Shown here: positions 23,920-32,000 of the stretch, piece by piece
Layout of the letters: each line of letters begins with the position of its first letter
Position numbering within the stretch: position 1 is the first letter of the stretch
Assembly: GCA_964396065.1 (NCBI GenBank)
Contig: CAYNCI010000017.1
Coordinates: 4,194-36,193, forward strand
Reading direction: 5' to 3'
Length of the DNA stretch: 32,000 nt
Origin: an uncultured Mesohalobacter sp.
GTDB lineage: Bacteria; Bacteroidota; Bacteroidia; Flavobacteriales; Flavobacteriaceae
Translations under genes and position numbers: made by a program
The notes under the pieces: generated by a model
Databases searched by the model: none
What the model saw: the letters and a program-made list of their open reading frames with translations, nothing else
Told to the model about the DNA's origin: nothing

Positions 23920-24906
23920 ATGAATATTGCAGTTGTTGGTGCCACAGGAATGGTTGGCCAAGTGATGCTTGAAGTGCTTGAACAAAGAAATCTTCCCATT
24001 ACAAATCTAATACCTGTTGCATCTGAAAAATCCGTAGGAAAAGAAATCCATTTTAATAACAAAACCTACAAAATAGTAAGTCTTCAAGATGCAGTTGACT
24101 TAAAACCGGATATTGCGCTATTTAGTGCTGGCGGGGACACATCTCTTGAGTGGGCACCAAAATTTGCTGAAAAAGGCAGCATTGTGATAGACAATTCTTC
24201 AGCTTGGCGAATGGACAAGGATAAAAAACTGGTTGTACCGGAAATTAATGCCCATGAATTAACAAAAGAAGATAAAATTATTGCCAATCCTAATTGTTCA
24301 ACAATACAATTAGTAATGGTATTAAAACCGCTGCACGACTTGTTTAAAATTAAAAGAGTTGTCGTCTCGACCTACCAATCCATCACAGGTACAGGTGTGA
24401 AAGCAGTGAAACAATTGGAAAACGAGTTGAATAATGTTGAAGGCGATAAAGCCTACCCACATCAAATTCATAAAAATGCTTTACCACATTGCGACATATT
24501 TTTAGAAAACGATTACACCAAAGAAGAAATGAAGCTTACACACGAGACCAAAAAGATTTTGAGCGACGATAGCGTTCATGTGGTTGCCACAGCAGTAAGA
24601 ATACCGGTTGTAGGCGGGCATTCGGAAAGTGTGAATATAGAATTTGAAAACGCCTTTGATATTGAAAAAGTAAAAGAAGCCCTAAAAAATTTCAGCGGTG
24701 TTATTGTTGAAGATGAGCCTCAAAAAAATAGTTACCCAATGCCTTTATCAGCTCATGGTAAAGATGAGGTTTTTGTAGGTCGAATAAGGAGAGATTTTAC
24801 CATCCAAAACGGTTTAAACCTTTGGATTGTGGCAGATAATCTAAGAAAAGGTGCTGCCACAAATGCTGTTCAGATTGCTGAATATATTTACAACAACAAC
24901 CTGTAG
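23920..24906 (+). CDS. asd: Aspartate-semialdehyde dehydrogenase
   Basis: 328 aa with a Rossmann motif (VVGATGMVG), the active-site NPNCSTI, and a C-terminal DNLRKGAA. Confidence 0.95.
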   Translation: MNIAVVGATGMVGQVMLEVLEQRNLPITNLIPVASEKSVGKEIHFNNKTYKIVSLQDAVDLKPDIALFSAGGDTSLEWAPKFAEKGSIVIDNSSAWRMDKDKKLVVPEINAHELTKEDKIIANPNCSTIQLVMVLKPLHDLFKIKRVVVSTYQSITGTGVKAVKQLENELNNVEGDKAYPHQIHKNALPHCDIFLENDYTKEEMKLTHETKKILSDDSVHVVATAVRIPVVGGHSESVNIEFENAFDIEKVKEALKNFSGVIVEDEPQKNSYPMPLSAHGKDEVFVGRIRRDFTIQNGLNLWIVADNLRKGAATNAVQIAEYIYNNNL

Positions 24907-24980
24907 ACCAAGTTCAATTAACAAATGTTTGCCTGACTAATTAATTCGTTTGACATATTTTTATAAAAAATCTTTAATAC

Positions 24981-27587
24981 ATGCGTAGACCATTATTCTT
25001 GTTTCTAGTGCTTTTATTAAATTTTGCATCAGCTCAAAATTTTGAAAGTATAATTGAAACCTACTTCAATCAAAACACACAAATTTCCAATTTACAAAGA
25101 ACTGATGTCGATGAATTTTTCATCACAGATCAATCCTATTCCAAAAGTATGGATTTATACAATGTGTATGCTCAACAGGCCTATCAAGGCATACCCATAC
25201 ACGCTGCCATTGGTAGTTTTGCGATAAGAGGGAATAAGGTTTTGTATTTTAAACATTCGTATCAAACGAATATTCAACAAAGAATTTCTTCAACAACAGC
25301 TTCACTATCAGCTGAAATGGCTCTAAAAAGTGCCATTTCGCATCTAGGAATTGAGCTAGATAATGAATTGAATAAACTTCAAACTATTCCAAATTACGAT
25401 TTTGTATTTGAGTCTTCGGAGGTATCTTTTGAAGTTATGCCTGTAAAATTAATGTATGTTAATGCACAGGATGGCTCATTAAGATTAGCTTGGGACACCA
25501 GCATTCTCACAAAAGACCAATCCCATTGGTGGAGCATATCAATAGATGCACAAACAGGTGCCGTTTTAAGGCAAAACGATTGGATGCTATCATGCCAATT
25601 TGACCATTCTACAGCAAATAACTCGCACAAACACAGTGTAAATCTTGGCCAACAAATGGGTAGTGTTTCATTTTCACCAAATGACGGGTCACAATACAGA
25701 GCCTTTGCTTTAGGTGTAGAGTCTCCAAGTCATGGGAATAGAGTATTATTAACAGAGCCTGCAGACCCTTTAGCGTCGCCATTTGGATGGCACGATACAG
25801 ATGGCGTACCGGGAGCTGAATTTACAATTACAAGAGGAAATAATGTATTGGCAAGCGAAGACAGAAATGCAGACAATGTCCCTGGATATTCACCGGATGG
25901 TGGCGCTAATTTAGTATTTGATTTCGGCCTTGATCTCAACCAACCGCCTATATTTAATCAAGACGCTGCAATTACAAATTTGTTTGTATGGAACAATTAC
26001 ACACATGATTTTTTATTCAAATTCGGATTCGATGAAGCATCAGGAAATTTCCAACAGACCAATTATAGTGGTTTAGGTACCGGAAACGATTTTGTAGTCG
26101 CCGACGCACAAGATGGCTCTGGCTTGAACAATGCAAACTTTGCTACACCTCCAGATGGATTTAACCCAAGAATGCAAATGTTCTTATGGGCGCCACCCGG
26201 CCCTCCTGGAGATCTACTTACTATAAATTCACCAAACGATATTGCAGGAAATTATCAGGGTGTTGAGGCTGCTTTTGGTCCAGGACTTTCACCGACTCCT
26301 ATAACAGCAGATCTTGCCCTTATTGAGGATGATAACTCTTTAAACTTAGGAACAGATCCAAACGATGGCTGTGACGTAATTACTAATGGAACTGATTTGG
26401 CAGGAAAAATTGTTGTGATTAGAAGAGGTAATTGTTTTTTCGTAGACAAAATACAGGCTGCACAAGACAATGGTGCTTTGGCAGTAATTATGGTGAATAA
26501 TAATTTTGATCCACCATCCATAATGGGAGGCGATGGCGGTAATATTACTATCCCATCTATCATGATATCTTTGCTCGATGGGGGATCAATCATTTCCAAA
26601 CTGCAAAATGGAGAAACTATAAATGCTAGTCTGTTTAATAATGGGCCTTTTCAAATCGATGGTGATTTTGATAATGGTATTATAGCCCACGAATATGGCC
26701 ACGGCCTTTCTTTTAGACTCACTGGTGGACCACAACAGTCTAATTGTCTGTTTAATGATGAACAAATGGGTGAAGGTTGGAGCGATTGGTTAGGCCTTAT
26801 GATGACGATTAATCCCGGCGATACCGGCAATCAGCCCAGAGGAGTTGCGACTTTTGCTATTGCCGAACCTACCACAGGGATAGGTATACGACCGGCGCCT
26901 TACTCAACAGATTTCAGCTTAAATTCTGCCACTTACGGCCTATCCAATGATGCAGGAATTTCTCAGCCGCACGGGGTTGGGTTTGTCTGGGCAACTATGC
27001 TTTGGGACTTAACATGGGAACTGATAGACCAGTATGGGTTTGATCCTGACCTGGTAAATGGCACCGGAGGAAACAATATTGCTACACAACTCATCGTAGA
27101 TGGCATGAAACTGCAAAACTGTTCCCCTGGATTTATAGATGGCAGAGACGCTATACTCCAAGCAGACCAATTGGCAAACAATGGTGCTAACGAATGTTAC
27201 ATCTGGAAAGCATTTGCAAACAGAGGTTTAGGATTTAGCGCATCTCAAGGCTCATCGAACAACAGGTTTGATCAAATCGAAGCCTTTGATATGCCACCAA
27301 ATATTACATTGCCATGTGAAGAACTTAGCACTCAAGATTTTGTTGAAAACAACCTGAAAATTTACCCAATTCCAGCTAACGATATCCTAACGATTGAAGC
27401 TGCAATAGGTTCGATTGGGAAAGCTAATCTTAAAGTTTATGACCTTAACGGCAAACTAATAATTAATGCGCCTCAAGACTTTGACACTATACAACAGCTA
27501 AATGTATCAGGCTTAAACAGAGGCTTATACATCCTTAAGATTGAAAACAGCAAAGTCAATATTTCTAGGAAAATTTTAATCGATTAA
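24981..27587 (+). CDS. Secreted M36 (fungalysin-type) zinc metalloprotease with a PA-domain insert and a T9SS C-terminal sorting domain
   Basis: 868 aa. It has a signal peptide, an FTP-like propeptide, a PA-like insert (GKIVVIRRGNCFFVDKIQAAQDNGALAVIMVNN), the HEYGHG zinc motif followed by RLTGGP...EGWSDW, and a tail (KIYPIPANDILTIE...LKVYDLNGKLI...GLYILKI) typical of Por/T9SS CTDs. Confidence 0.85.
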   Translation: MRRPLFLFLVLLLNFASAQNFESIIETYFNQNTQISNLQRTDVDEFFITDQSYSKSMDLYNVYAQQAYQGIPIHAAIGSFAIRGNKVLYFKHSYQTNIQQRISSTTASLSAEMALKSAISHLGIELDNELNKLQTIPNYDFVFESSEVSFEVMPVKLMYVNAQDGSLRLAWDTSILTKDQSHWWSISIDAQTGAVLRQNDWMLSCQFDHSTANNSHKHSVNLGQQMGSVSFSPNDGSQYRAFALGVESPSHGNRVLLTEPADPLASPFGWHDTDGVPGAEFTITRGNNVLASEDRNADNVPGYSPDGGANLVFDFGLDLNQPPIFNQDAAITNLFVWNNYTHDFLFKFGFDEASGNFQQTNYSGLGTGNDFVVADAQDGSGLNNANFATPPDGFNPRMQMFLWAPPGPPGDLLTINSPNDIAGNYQGVEAAFGPGLSPTPITADLALIEDDNSLNLGTDPNDGCDVITNGTDLAGKIVVIRRGNCFFVDKIQAAQDNGALAVIMVNNNFDPPSIMGGDGGNITIPSIMISLLDGGSIISKLQNGETINASLFNNGPFQIDGDFDNGIIAHEYGHGLSFRLTGGPQQSNCLFNDEQMGEGWSDWLGLMMTINPGDTGNQPRGVATFAIAEPTTGIGIRPAPYSTDFSLNSATYGLSNDAGISQPHGVGFVWATMLWDLTWELIDQYGFDPDLVNGTGGNNIATQLIVDGMKLQNCSPGFIDGRDAILQADQLANNGANECYIWKAFANRGLGFSASQGSSNNRFDQIEAFDMPPNITLPCEELSTQDFVENNLKIYPIPANDILTIEAAIGSIGKANLKVYDLNGKLIINAPQDFDTIQQLNVSGLNRGLYILKIENSKVNISRKILID

Positions 27588-27608
27588 GTTATACAACATA
27601 TCTTTACC

Positions 27609-27646
27609 AATAAGCTGAAAATAGTTTTTCAGCTTATTGTATTTTT
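27609..27646 (+). terminator. Rho-independent terminator of the protease gene
   Basis: A 13-bp stem aataagctgaaaa / ttttcagcttatt (27609-27621 pairs with 27626-27638), a 4-nt loop, then GTATTTTT. Confidence 0.65.
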
Positions 27647-27664
27647 ATAACCTAACCAAATTGG

Positions 27665-28636
27665 ATGTTAAAGGTAAACTCAGTTTTTTTCAGTCACTCT
27701 AAAGATTTTAATATCAGTGAAATATCTTTTGAGATAAAACAAGGAGAGGTTTTAGGCATAATTGGTGAAAGCGGATGTGGCAAAACCACTATTTTAGACC
27801 TTGTTTATGGCAAATTTGACTTGGCTGAAGGTGAAATGCTTTGGTACGACGAAAAAATTAAAGGCCCTTCGAAACAATTAATTTTTGGGCATGAAGATTT
27901 TAAATATGTGACTCAAGACTCTGAATTAATGCCTTTTATCAGCGTGCTGGACAATATAATAAGCCCTTTGTCCAGGCAACATCTTGAGAAGAACATCGAG
28001 AGAGCGGAAGAGCTTCTTGAAGTCGTCGAACTGTCTGAGTTTAAACACCAAAAAGTTAAACGCCTAAGTGGTGGCCAAAAGCAGAGGGTAGCTTTAGCAA
28101 AGGCTTTGGCCAAAACACCTAAATTATTACTGCTAGACGAGCCTTTTTCTCATATTGACAACTTTTTAAAGCACAGCCTACGGCGAAAGTTATTCAAGTA
28201 TTTGAAGTCTATAAATTGTTCATGCATCATAGCTACTCACGACTACAATGACATCTTACCTTATGCGAATGAAATTTTGGTTTTACACCAAGGAAAAGTG
28301 CTTGAGAAAGCGAGTCCTGAAAAAATATACCAGAAGCCTTTAAATTCTTATACTGCAGGACTGTTATCTATTCACAATTGTATTGAAGGTAACCATATAG
28401 ACGCGGAATTAAGTGGCAATCAGGTGATATATCCACATGAATTGAAGCTCGTAGAGTCATCCGAAAATACTGTAGAAATTACCGATGTGTACTTTAACGG
28501 TGAAAATTATAGAGTTTACTTTAATTGGAATGCTCAGGAACTTATTTGTAATAGTGCAGACAAACCCACATTATCCAAGAACTACAAACTAGTTTTTGAG
28601 ATATCTAAAATCAAACAACGCTTAAAAAACAGGTGA
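27665..28636 (+). CDS. ABC transporter ATP-binding protein with a C-terminal extra domain of about 100 aa and no adjacent permease
   Basis: 323 aa with Walker A GESGCGKTT, the signature LSGGQKQRV, Walker B LLLLDEPFS and an H-loop ATHD. Confidence 0.85.
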   Translation: MLKVNSVFFSHSKDFNISEISFEIKQGEVLGIIGESGCGKTTILDLVYGKFDLAEGEMLWYDEKIKGPSKQLIFGHEDFKYVTQDSELMPFISVLDNIISPLSRQHLEKNIERAEELLEVVELSEFKHQKVKRLSGGQKQRVALAKALAKTPKLLLLDEPFSHIDNFLKHSLRRKLFKYLKSINCSCIIATHDYNDILPYANEILVLHQGKVLEKASPEKIYQKPLNSYTAGLLSIHNCIEGNHIDAELSGNQVIYPHELKLVESSENTVEITDVYFNGENYRVYFNWNAQELICNSADKPTLSKNYKLVFEISKIKQRLKNR

Positions 28637-28776
28637 CGGCTCACAAAAGTTGAAATGTAATTTATTAATCATACTTTATCAGCTACAAAACTTAGCAAGA
28701 AAATGATACAGATATAAAATTAAAGACTTGTTTTTCAGAATAAAAACACCTACTTTAGTACATATAAATTTTTAAA

Positions 28777-29073
28777 ATGTCAAAGTTTGGAGAATTAATA
28801 GATTACGAAGTACCTGTACTTCTTAATTTTTTTACTGAATGGTCTGAAGAGTGCGAATCAATTCACCCAACACTCAAGGCTGTTGCAGCTGCTTTAGGAG
28901 ATAAAGCGATGATTATTAAGATAAATGTTGACAAGAACGAAGATCTTGCTGATGCCCTAAGGATAAAGGCTTTACCAACGTTTTTGATTTATAAAAATGG
29001 TGAAATGGTATGGCGAAAAAGTGGTGTAATGAGTGCTAACGATTTGATTGTTCAAATCAAGGACATTCATTAA
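28777..29073 (+). CDS. Thioredoxin-fold protein with a non-canonical WSEEC site in place of WCGPC
   Basis: 98 aa. VLLNFFTEWSEECESIHPTL aligns with [20 protein letters not shown] of classical Trx. The cis-Pro region (KALPTFLIYKNGE) is retained. Confidence 0.8.
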   Translation: MSKFGELIDYEVPVLLNFFTEWSEECESIHPTLKAVAAALGDKAMIIKINVDKNEDLADALRIKALPTFLIYKNGEMVWRKSGVMSANDLIVQIKDIH

Positions 29074-29106
29074 TTACTATTCAGGCTTTTAAGTTAAATT
29101 TTCTAT

Positions 29107-30483
29107 TTAGAAATAATAGTTTGTCACAAAGTTGATTTGATGATAGTTACTTGTATTGAATACAACTTCAGGCAGGTTATTATTTACATTTTCCTTATAT
29201 ACGTAAAGCACATCAAAGCTAAGACCTTCAAAAAAGCCATCTAGTTCATAATGAAGTCCGGTATTGAGTTGAAAATACTCGTCTATGTTATACTTATTAA
29301 ACTCAAAATCGCCTATTTCCGGGCCAAACACTTTAGTAAATTCTAACTTCATACTAAATTGCTTAGGACTAAAGCTATATTCTCCTACTGCAGTAAAAAT
29401 ATCTGCATCACCTAAACCTTCCAGCCTTGAACGTGGTATAGATGTAAAGAAATGATCTCTTCCTAATTCCTTAGGAAACAAAAAACGTCCCGAATTAAAG
29501 GCTTTAGTATACGCAAGGCTAAAATTCCATCTATCCTCGTGTTCATACTTTATCTGCGAACTTAGGACTTGACCGTTTTCATCGGGTTGCATGTACCTCT
29601 CCTCATACATCAACTCTTCTTGAAAAGCATCGGGAAACTGGTAAGCATATTGTAAACCGAAAACCCACTCGTCTTGGTAAAAATCGAATTCAAAAAGACT
29701 GGTATTACTTACATTATGAAGATAATAGTTATTAGCTCTAATTTCAACATTATTAAAGGACGTTTCATATTGAAAAGAGGCTATACCCTTAGATTCCGTT
29801 TTGTCATGATAATGCGCTGTGTCGCCATTTGGCTGAAAACCACTGGATATTAAACCAATAGCTTCGTTAAAGTCATACCACTCTACTGTACTTCGTGGCG
29901 ATACTCTGTCTAACCAACTCGCATTAAAGACATGTTGTTTTATGCTGTAATTTAACCATAAGCCCTTGAAGGCAAAAGGTTCCATTCGGCCATCCGATTC
30001 ATTTAGTAATGGCGTTTCTTCTATAGCGAGTTTTCCGTAAGTTGCATATCCACCTTTAAAACTGTACTTAAGATACAATTCTTCAAGACGGTCTAAGTCG
30101 TTAAAGTTATTAATGTCTATTATGTCGTAAAGTTCGTGTTCCCATTTAGCGATTTGACCAGTAGTTTCGTCAGGTTCATTTAAATCGGAAGAAAAAGTTT
30201 TGTAAGTAAAAATGCCTTTTACGCCAGCTTGAAACCCAAAAACCTCCTTGCTTTTAAACATCATTGCACCGCCAATCGCATTGGTATAATAATCTTTTAA
30301 GCTGCCATCGTTTAAGGTAGACATAAAGAAATTTCTGATATGTCCTTCTATTTCGCCTTCTGTGAATATTTCTTTTAAACTAGAGATTCCCTTATCCTCA
30401 TGAGCCTTATGTTCTTGAGCTGTTGTAAGGTTTGAAATACAAAATAGGGAGAGAATGATTAGGTGTGATAGTGTGTGTTTCAT
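29107..30483 (-). CDS. Putative outer-membrane beta-barrel / porin
   Basis: I chose the start at MKHTLSHLIILSLFCISNLTTAQ, which is a signal peptide. The protein has alternating amphipathic strands rich in Y/F/G and a C-terminal ...NFVTNYYF with an aromatic terminus. The family was not identified by eye. Confidence 0.6.
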   Translation of the reverse strand: MKHTLSHLIILSLFCISNLTTAQEHKAHEDKGISSLKEIFTEGEIEGHIRNFFMSTLNDGSLKDYYTNAIGGAMMFKSKEVFGFQAGVKGIFTYKTFSSDLNEPDETTGQIAKWEHELYDIIDINNFNDLDRLEELYLKYSFKGGYATYGKLAIEETPLLNESDGRMEPFAFKGLWLNYSIKQHVFNASWLDRVSPRSTVEWYDFNEAIGLISSGFQPNGDTAHYHDKTESKGIASFQYETSFNNVEIRANNYYLHNVSNTSLFEFDFYQDEWVFGLQYAYQFPDAFQEELMYEERYMQPDENGQVLSSQIKYEHEDRWNFSLAYTKAFNSGRFLFPKELGRDHFFTSIPRSRLEGLGDADIFTAVGEYSFSPKQFSMKLEFTKVFGPEIGDFEFNKYNIDEYFQLNTGLHYELDGFFEGLSFDVLYVYKENVNNNLPEVVFNTSNYHQINFVTNYYF

Positions 30484-30636
30484 GACACGTATTTTACTTA
30501 ACAAAATTTAATTTCAACACCTTTGTCTGAATAAAAAAAGTAATGAAAATAAATCTTCAACAAAAATAACTATCCAAAATATTAATATTAGTAATAACTA
30601 TTATTTATAAATGACTAATCGATGAAAATATGATTT

Positions 30637-30680
30637 ATGTCTGTTTTTTTAACAAAAATTAAAAAAACAGACATTTTTTT
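30637..30680. terminator. Perfect 14-bp inverted repeat followed by a T tract; possible terminator
   Basis: atgtctgttttttt (30637-30650) pairs with aaaaaaacagacat (30661-30674) across a 10-nt loop, followed by TTTTTT on the plus strand. It lies in the spacer downstream of the minus-strand DUF2892 gene (30737-30925) and upstream of the minus-strand porin gene start (30483). Confidence 0.4.
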
Positions 30681-30736
30681 GAGGAAATATATTTAAGCCT
30701 AAAGTTGAAGCTCTAAAGAAATCTCTATAAGGCTAA

Positions 30737-30925
30737 CTAACTTTTTACCTTAAATACTTTTACTAGAATATCATCCATCAGGCACCACTTGGTTAAAGAT
30801 GATTGTAATAAATTAGCACCAACAAAGGCTGTTAGCCAAAGCCAGTTAATATTTACATAAATCGCTAAAATTAAGCTTACAAGGACGAATGTTCCTGCTA
30901 TACCACGTACAATTCTATTTTTCAT
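30737..30925 (-). CDS. DUF2892 (YgaP-like) small membrane protein
   Basis: 62 aa. It shows N.IVRGIAG, two TM helices, and then GANLLQSSLTKWC, the characteristic pattern for this family. Confidence 0.65.
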   Translation of the reverse strand: MKNRIVRGIAGTFVLVSLILAIYVNINWLWLTAFVGANLLQSSLTKWCLMDDILVKVFKVKS

Positions 30926-30938
30926 TTGTAATAAAGTT

Positions 30939-31244
30939 TTATATATATTTTTCTATTGGTAATACCACTGCTTTTACAGGGTTTTTGGTTTCTAGATGTG
31001 TGTTAAATTCCTTTATGAGAACAAAAAGCCTATCAATCTTATCGTCTTCTGTAAAGGCAAAAAATAAGCTAGACTCTGCTCCACCACTTTCTGAAGGAAA
31101 CCAGCTATTGGTCATTAAAAGAGATTTTGCGCTTTTGTAGCCGTCTATTTCAGAGCCACTAAAGCTTTCAATTTCAGCTTTTTTAAATAATTTTAAAATC
31201 TCTTTATGAAATTGTTCTACTGCTGTTACGATCAATAATTTCAT
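30939..31244 (-). CDS. Small hypothetical protein located between the RND pump gene and the DUF2892 gene
   Basis: I chose the start at MKLLIVTAVEQF (ATG at 31244), 7 nt after the RND stop. The alternating beta-alpha pattern is reminiscent of PII/CutA-like folds, but I cannot assign a family. Confidence 0.5.
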   Translation of the reverse strand: MKLLIVTAVEQFHKEILKLFKKAEIESFSGSEIDGYKSAKSLLMTNSWFPSESGGAESSLFFAFTEDDKIDRLFVLIKEFNTHLETKNPVKAVVLPIEKYI

Positions 31245-31251
31245 GATTTTT

Positions 31252-32000
31252 TTATTTATAATTTTTTCTTTCAATCAAATAGTACACTAGAGGCACAACG
31301 AGCAGTGTTAATATGGTTGCAGTTATTGTACCACCCATAAGCGATATCGCTAATCCTTGGAAAATAGGATCAAACAAGATGACAAAAGCACCTATAACAA
31401 CAGTTCCGGCCGTTAATAATATCGGTGTAGTTCGCACGGCTCCGGCTTCGATTACAGCTTGTTTAAGTGGTATACCATCGTTAAGCCTAAGGTTTACAAA
31501 GTCGATAAGCAGCACCGAATTACGAACCATAATCCCGGCAAGTGCAATCATACCAATAAACGAAGTTGCTGTAAAAAAGGCGTCTAACATCCAGTGGCCT
31601 ATCACAATTCCTACCATAGATAGTGGAATGGCAACCATCATAACAACCGGTGCTTTAAAATTCTGAAACCAGCCGACAATCAACATGTAAATGATAATAA
31701 TTACACCTAAAAATGCGACACCCAAGTCTCTAAATACTTCCAGTGTAATTTGCCATTCGCCATCCCATTTTACAGTATAATCGTCTTCAAATTCGGGTTG
31801 CCCCAAATACTTTTCGTCTAAAGAGTAGCCTTTAGGCAATTCTATTTCTTTAAGTTTTTCTTCCATTCCTAAAATGGCATACACCGGGCTCTCTAGTTCG
31901 CCAGCCATGTCTGCAAGGACATAAACTACTCGTTTTTGGTTTTTACGGTAAATGCTTTTGGCTTTTATGCGTTCCGAAATACTTACAAGATCACTTATTG
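31252..32000 (-). CDS. RND (AcrB/CzcA family) efflux transporter, C-terminal part; partial, continues beyond the right window edge
   Basis: The frame stays open upstream of the track's Met to nt 32000 (ISDLVSISERIKAKSIYRKNQKRVVYVLADMAGE...). The C-terminal TM bundle reads FIGMIALAGIMVRNSVLLIDF...RTTPILLTAGTVVIGAFVILFDPIFQGLAISLMGG, which is typical of RND TM10-12. Confidence 0.9.
   Translation of the reverse strand, partial: ISDLVSISERIKAKSIYRKNQKRVVYVLADMAGELESPVYAILGMEEKLKEIELPKGYSLDEKYLGQPEFEDDYTVKWDGEWQITLEVFRDLGVAFLGVIIIIYMLIVGWFQNFKAPVVMMVAIPLSMVGIVIGHWMLDAFFTATSFIGMIALAGIMVRNSVLLIDFVNLRLNDGIPLKQAVIEAGAVRTTPILLTAGTVVIGAFVILFDPIFQGLAISLMGGTITATILTLLVVPLVYYLIERKNYK

Noticed and set aside
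24084-24287. Minus-strand 67-aa ORF inside asd
   Set aside because: It is antisense to a confident housekeeping CDS.
25394-27181. Four antisense ORFs inside the M36 protease gene
   Set aside because: They lie opposite a strongly supported CDS and have no recognisable motifs.
27913-28113. Minus-strand 66-aa ORF inside the ABC ATPase gene
   Set aside because: It is antisense to the signature-motif region of the ABC protein.
30484-30504. Seven-codon extension (MLSKIRV) of the porin-like ORF
   Set aside because: The Met at 30483 starts a canonical signal peptide (MKHTLSHLIILSLFCISNLTTAQ). The extension adds nothing recognisable, but the longer start cannot be formally excluded.
30889-31666. 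Plus-strand ORFs 30889-31140 and 31313-31666
   Set aside because: They are antisense to the small hypothetical/DUF2892 genes and to the RND transporter TM region.

Overview
This is a low-GC chromosomal segment that looks like Bacteroidota, probably Flavobacteriia. The evidence is a T9SS C-terminal sorting tail on a secreted protease, TAnnTTTG-type -7 promoter boxes, an ECF sigma/FecR/TonB-receptor module, a GxxExxY gene and many lipoprotein signals. All family calls come from reading the supplied translations and my own hand translations; no database search was run.

Most of the window (about 4.1-30 kb) is ordinary core genome. It holds initiator tRNA-Met, merR-like plus M23 peptidase, alaS, a metallophosphoesterase, adk, an alpha/beta hydrolase, engB, recX, CD225 plus DUF2752, pepD, xth, an OmpA-family lipoprotein, the cell-surface-signalling trio, a 4xFAS1 fasciclin lipoprotein, asd, an M36/PA/T9SS protease, an ABC ATPase, an atypical thioredoxin, a porin-like barrel and the 3' end of an RND efflux pump.

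The part worth a second look is the visibly AT-richer left end (1-3.9 kb), which abuts the 3' end of the tRNA-Met gene. It contains:
- an edge-truncated ORF missed by the ORF track, which fuses a DEDD-like exonuclease domain and a Cys cluster to a RecQ helicase core;
- a co-oriented 253-aa protein of unrecognised family just upstream of it;
- a mobile-mystery-protein A/B (XRE-HTH + Fic) pair;
- a frameshifted GIY-YIG gene.

I regard the 253-aa protein plus Exo-RecQ pair as the best candidate for an undescribed, possibly anti-mobile-element, system. It runs off the window, so its full gene content cannot be seen.

A second unexplained signal is a family of clustered CTTAATG heptamers. One locus is a roughly 95-bp tandem array that also supplies the engB stop codon. 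The other is a palindromic cluster next to the GxxExxY gene.
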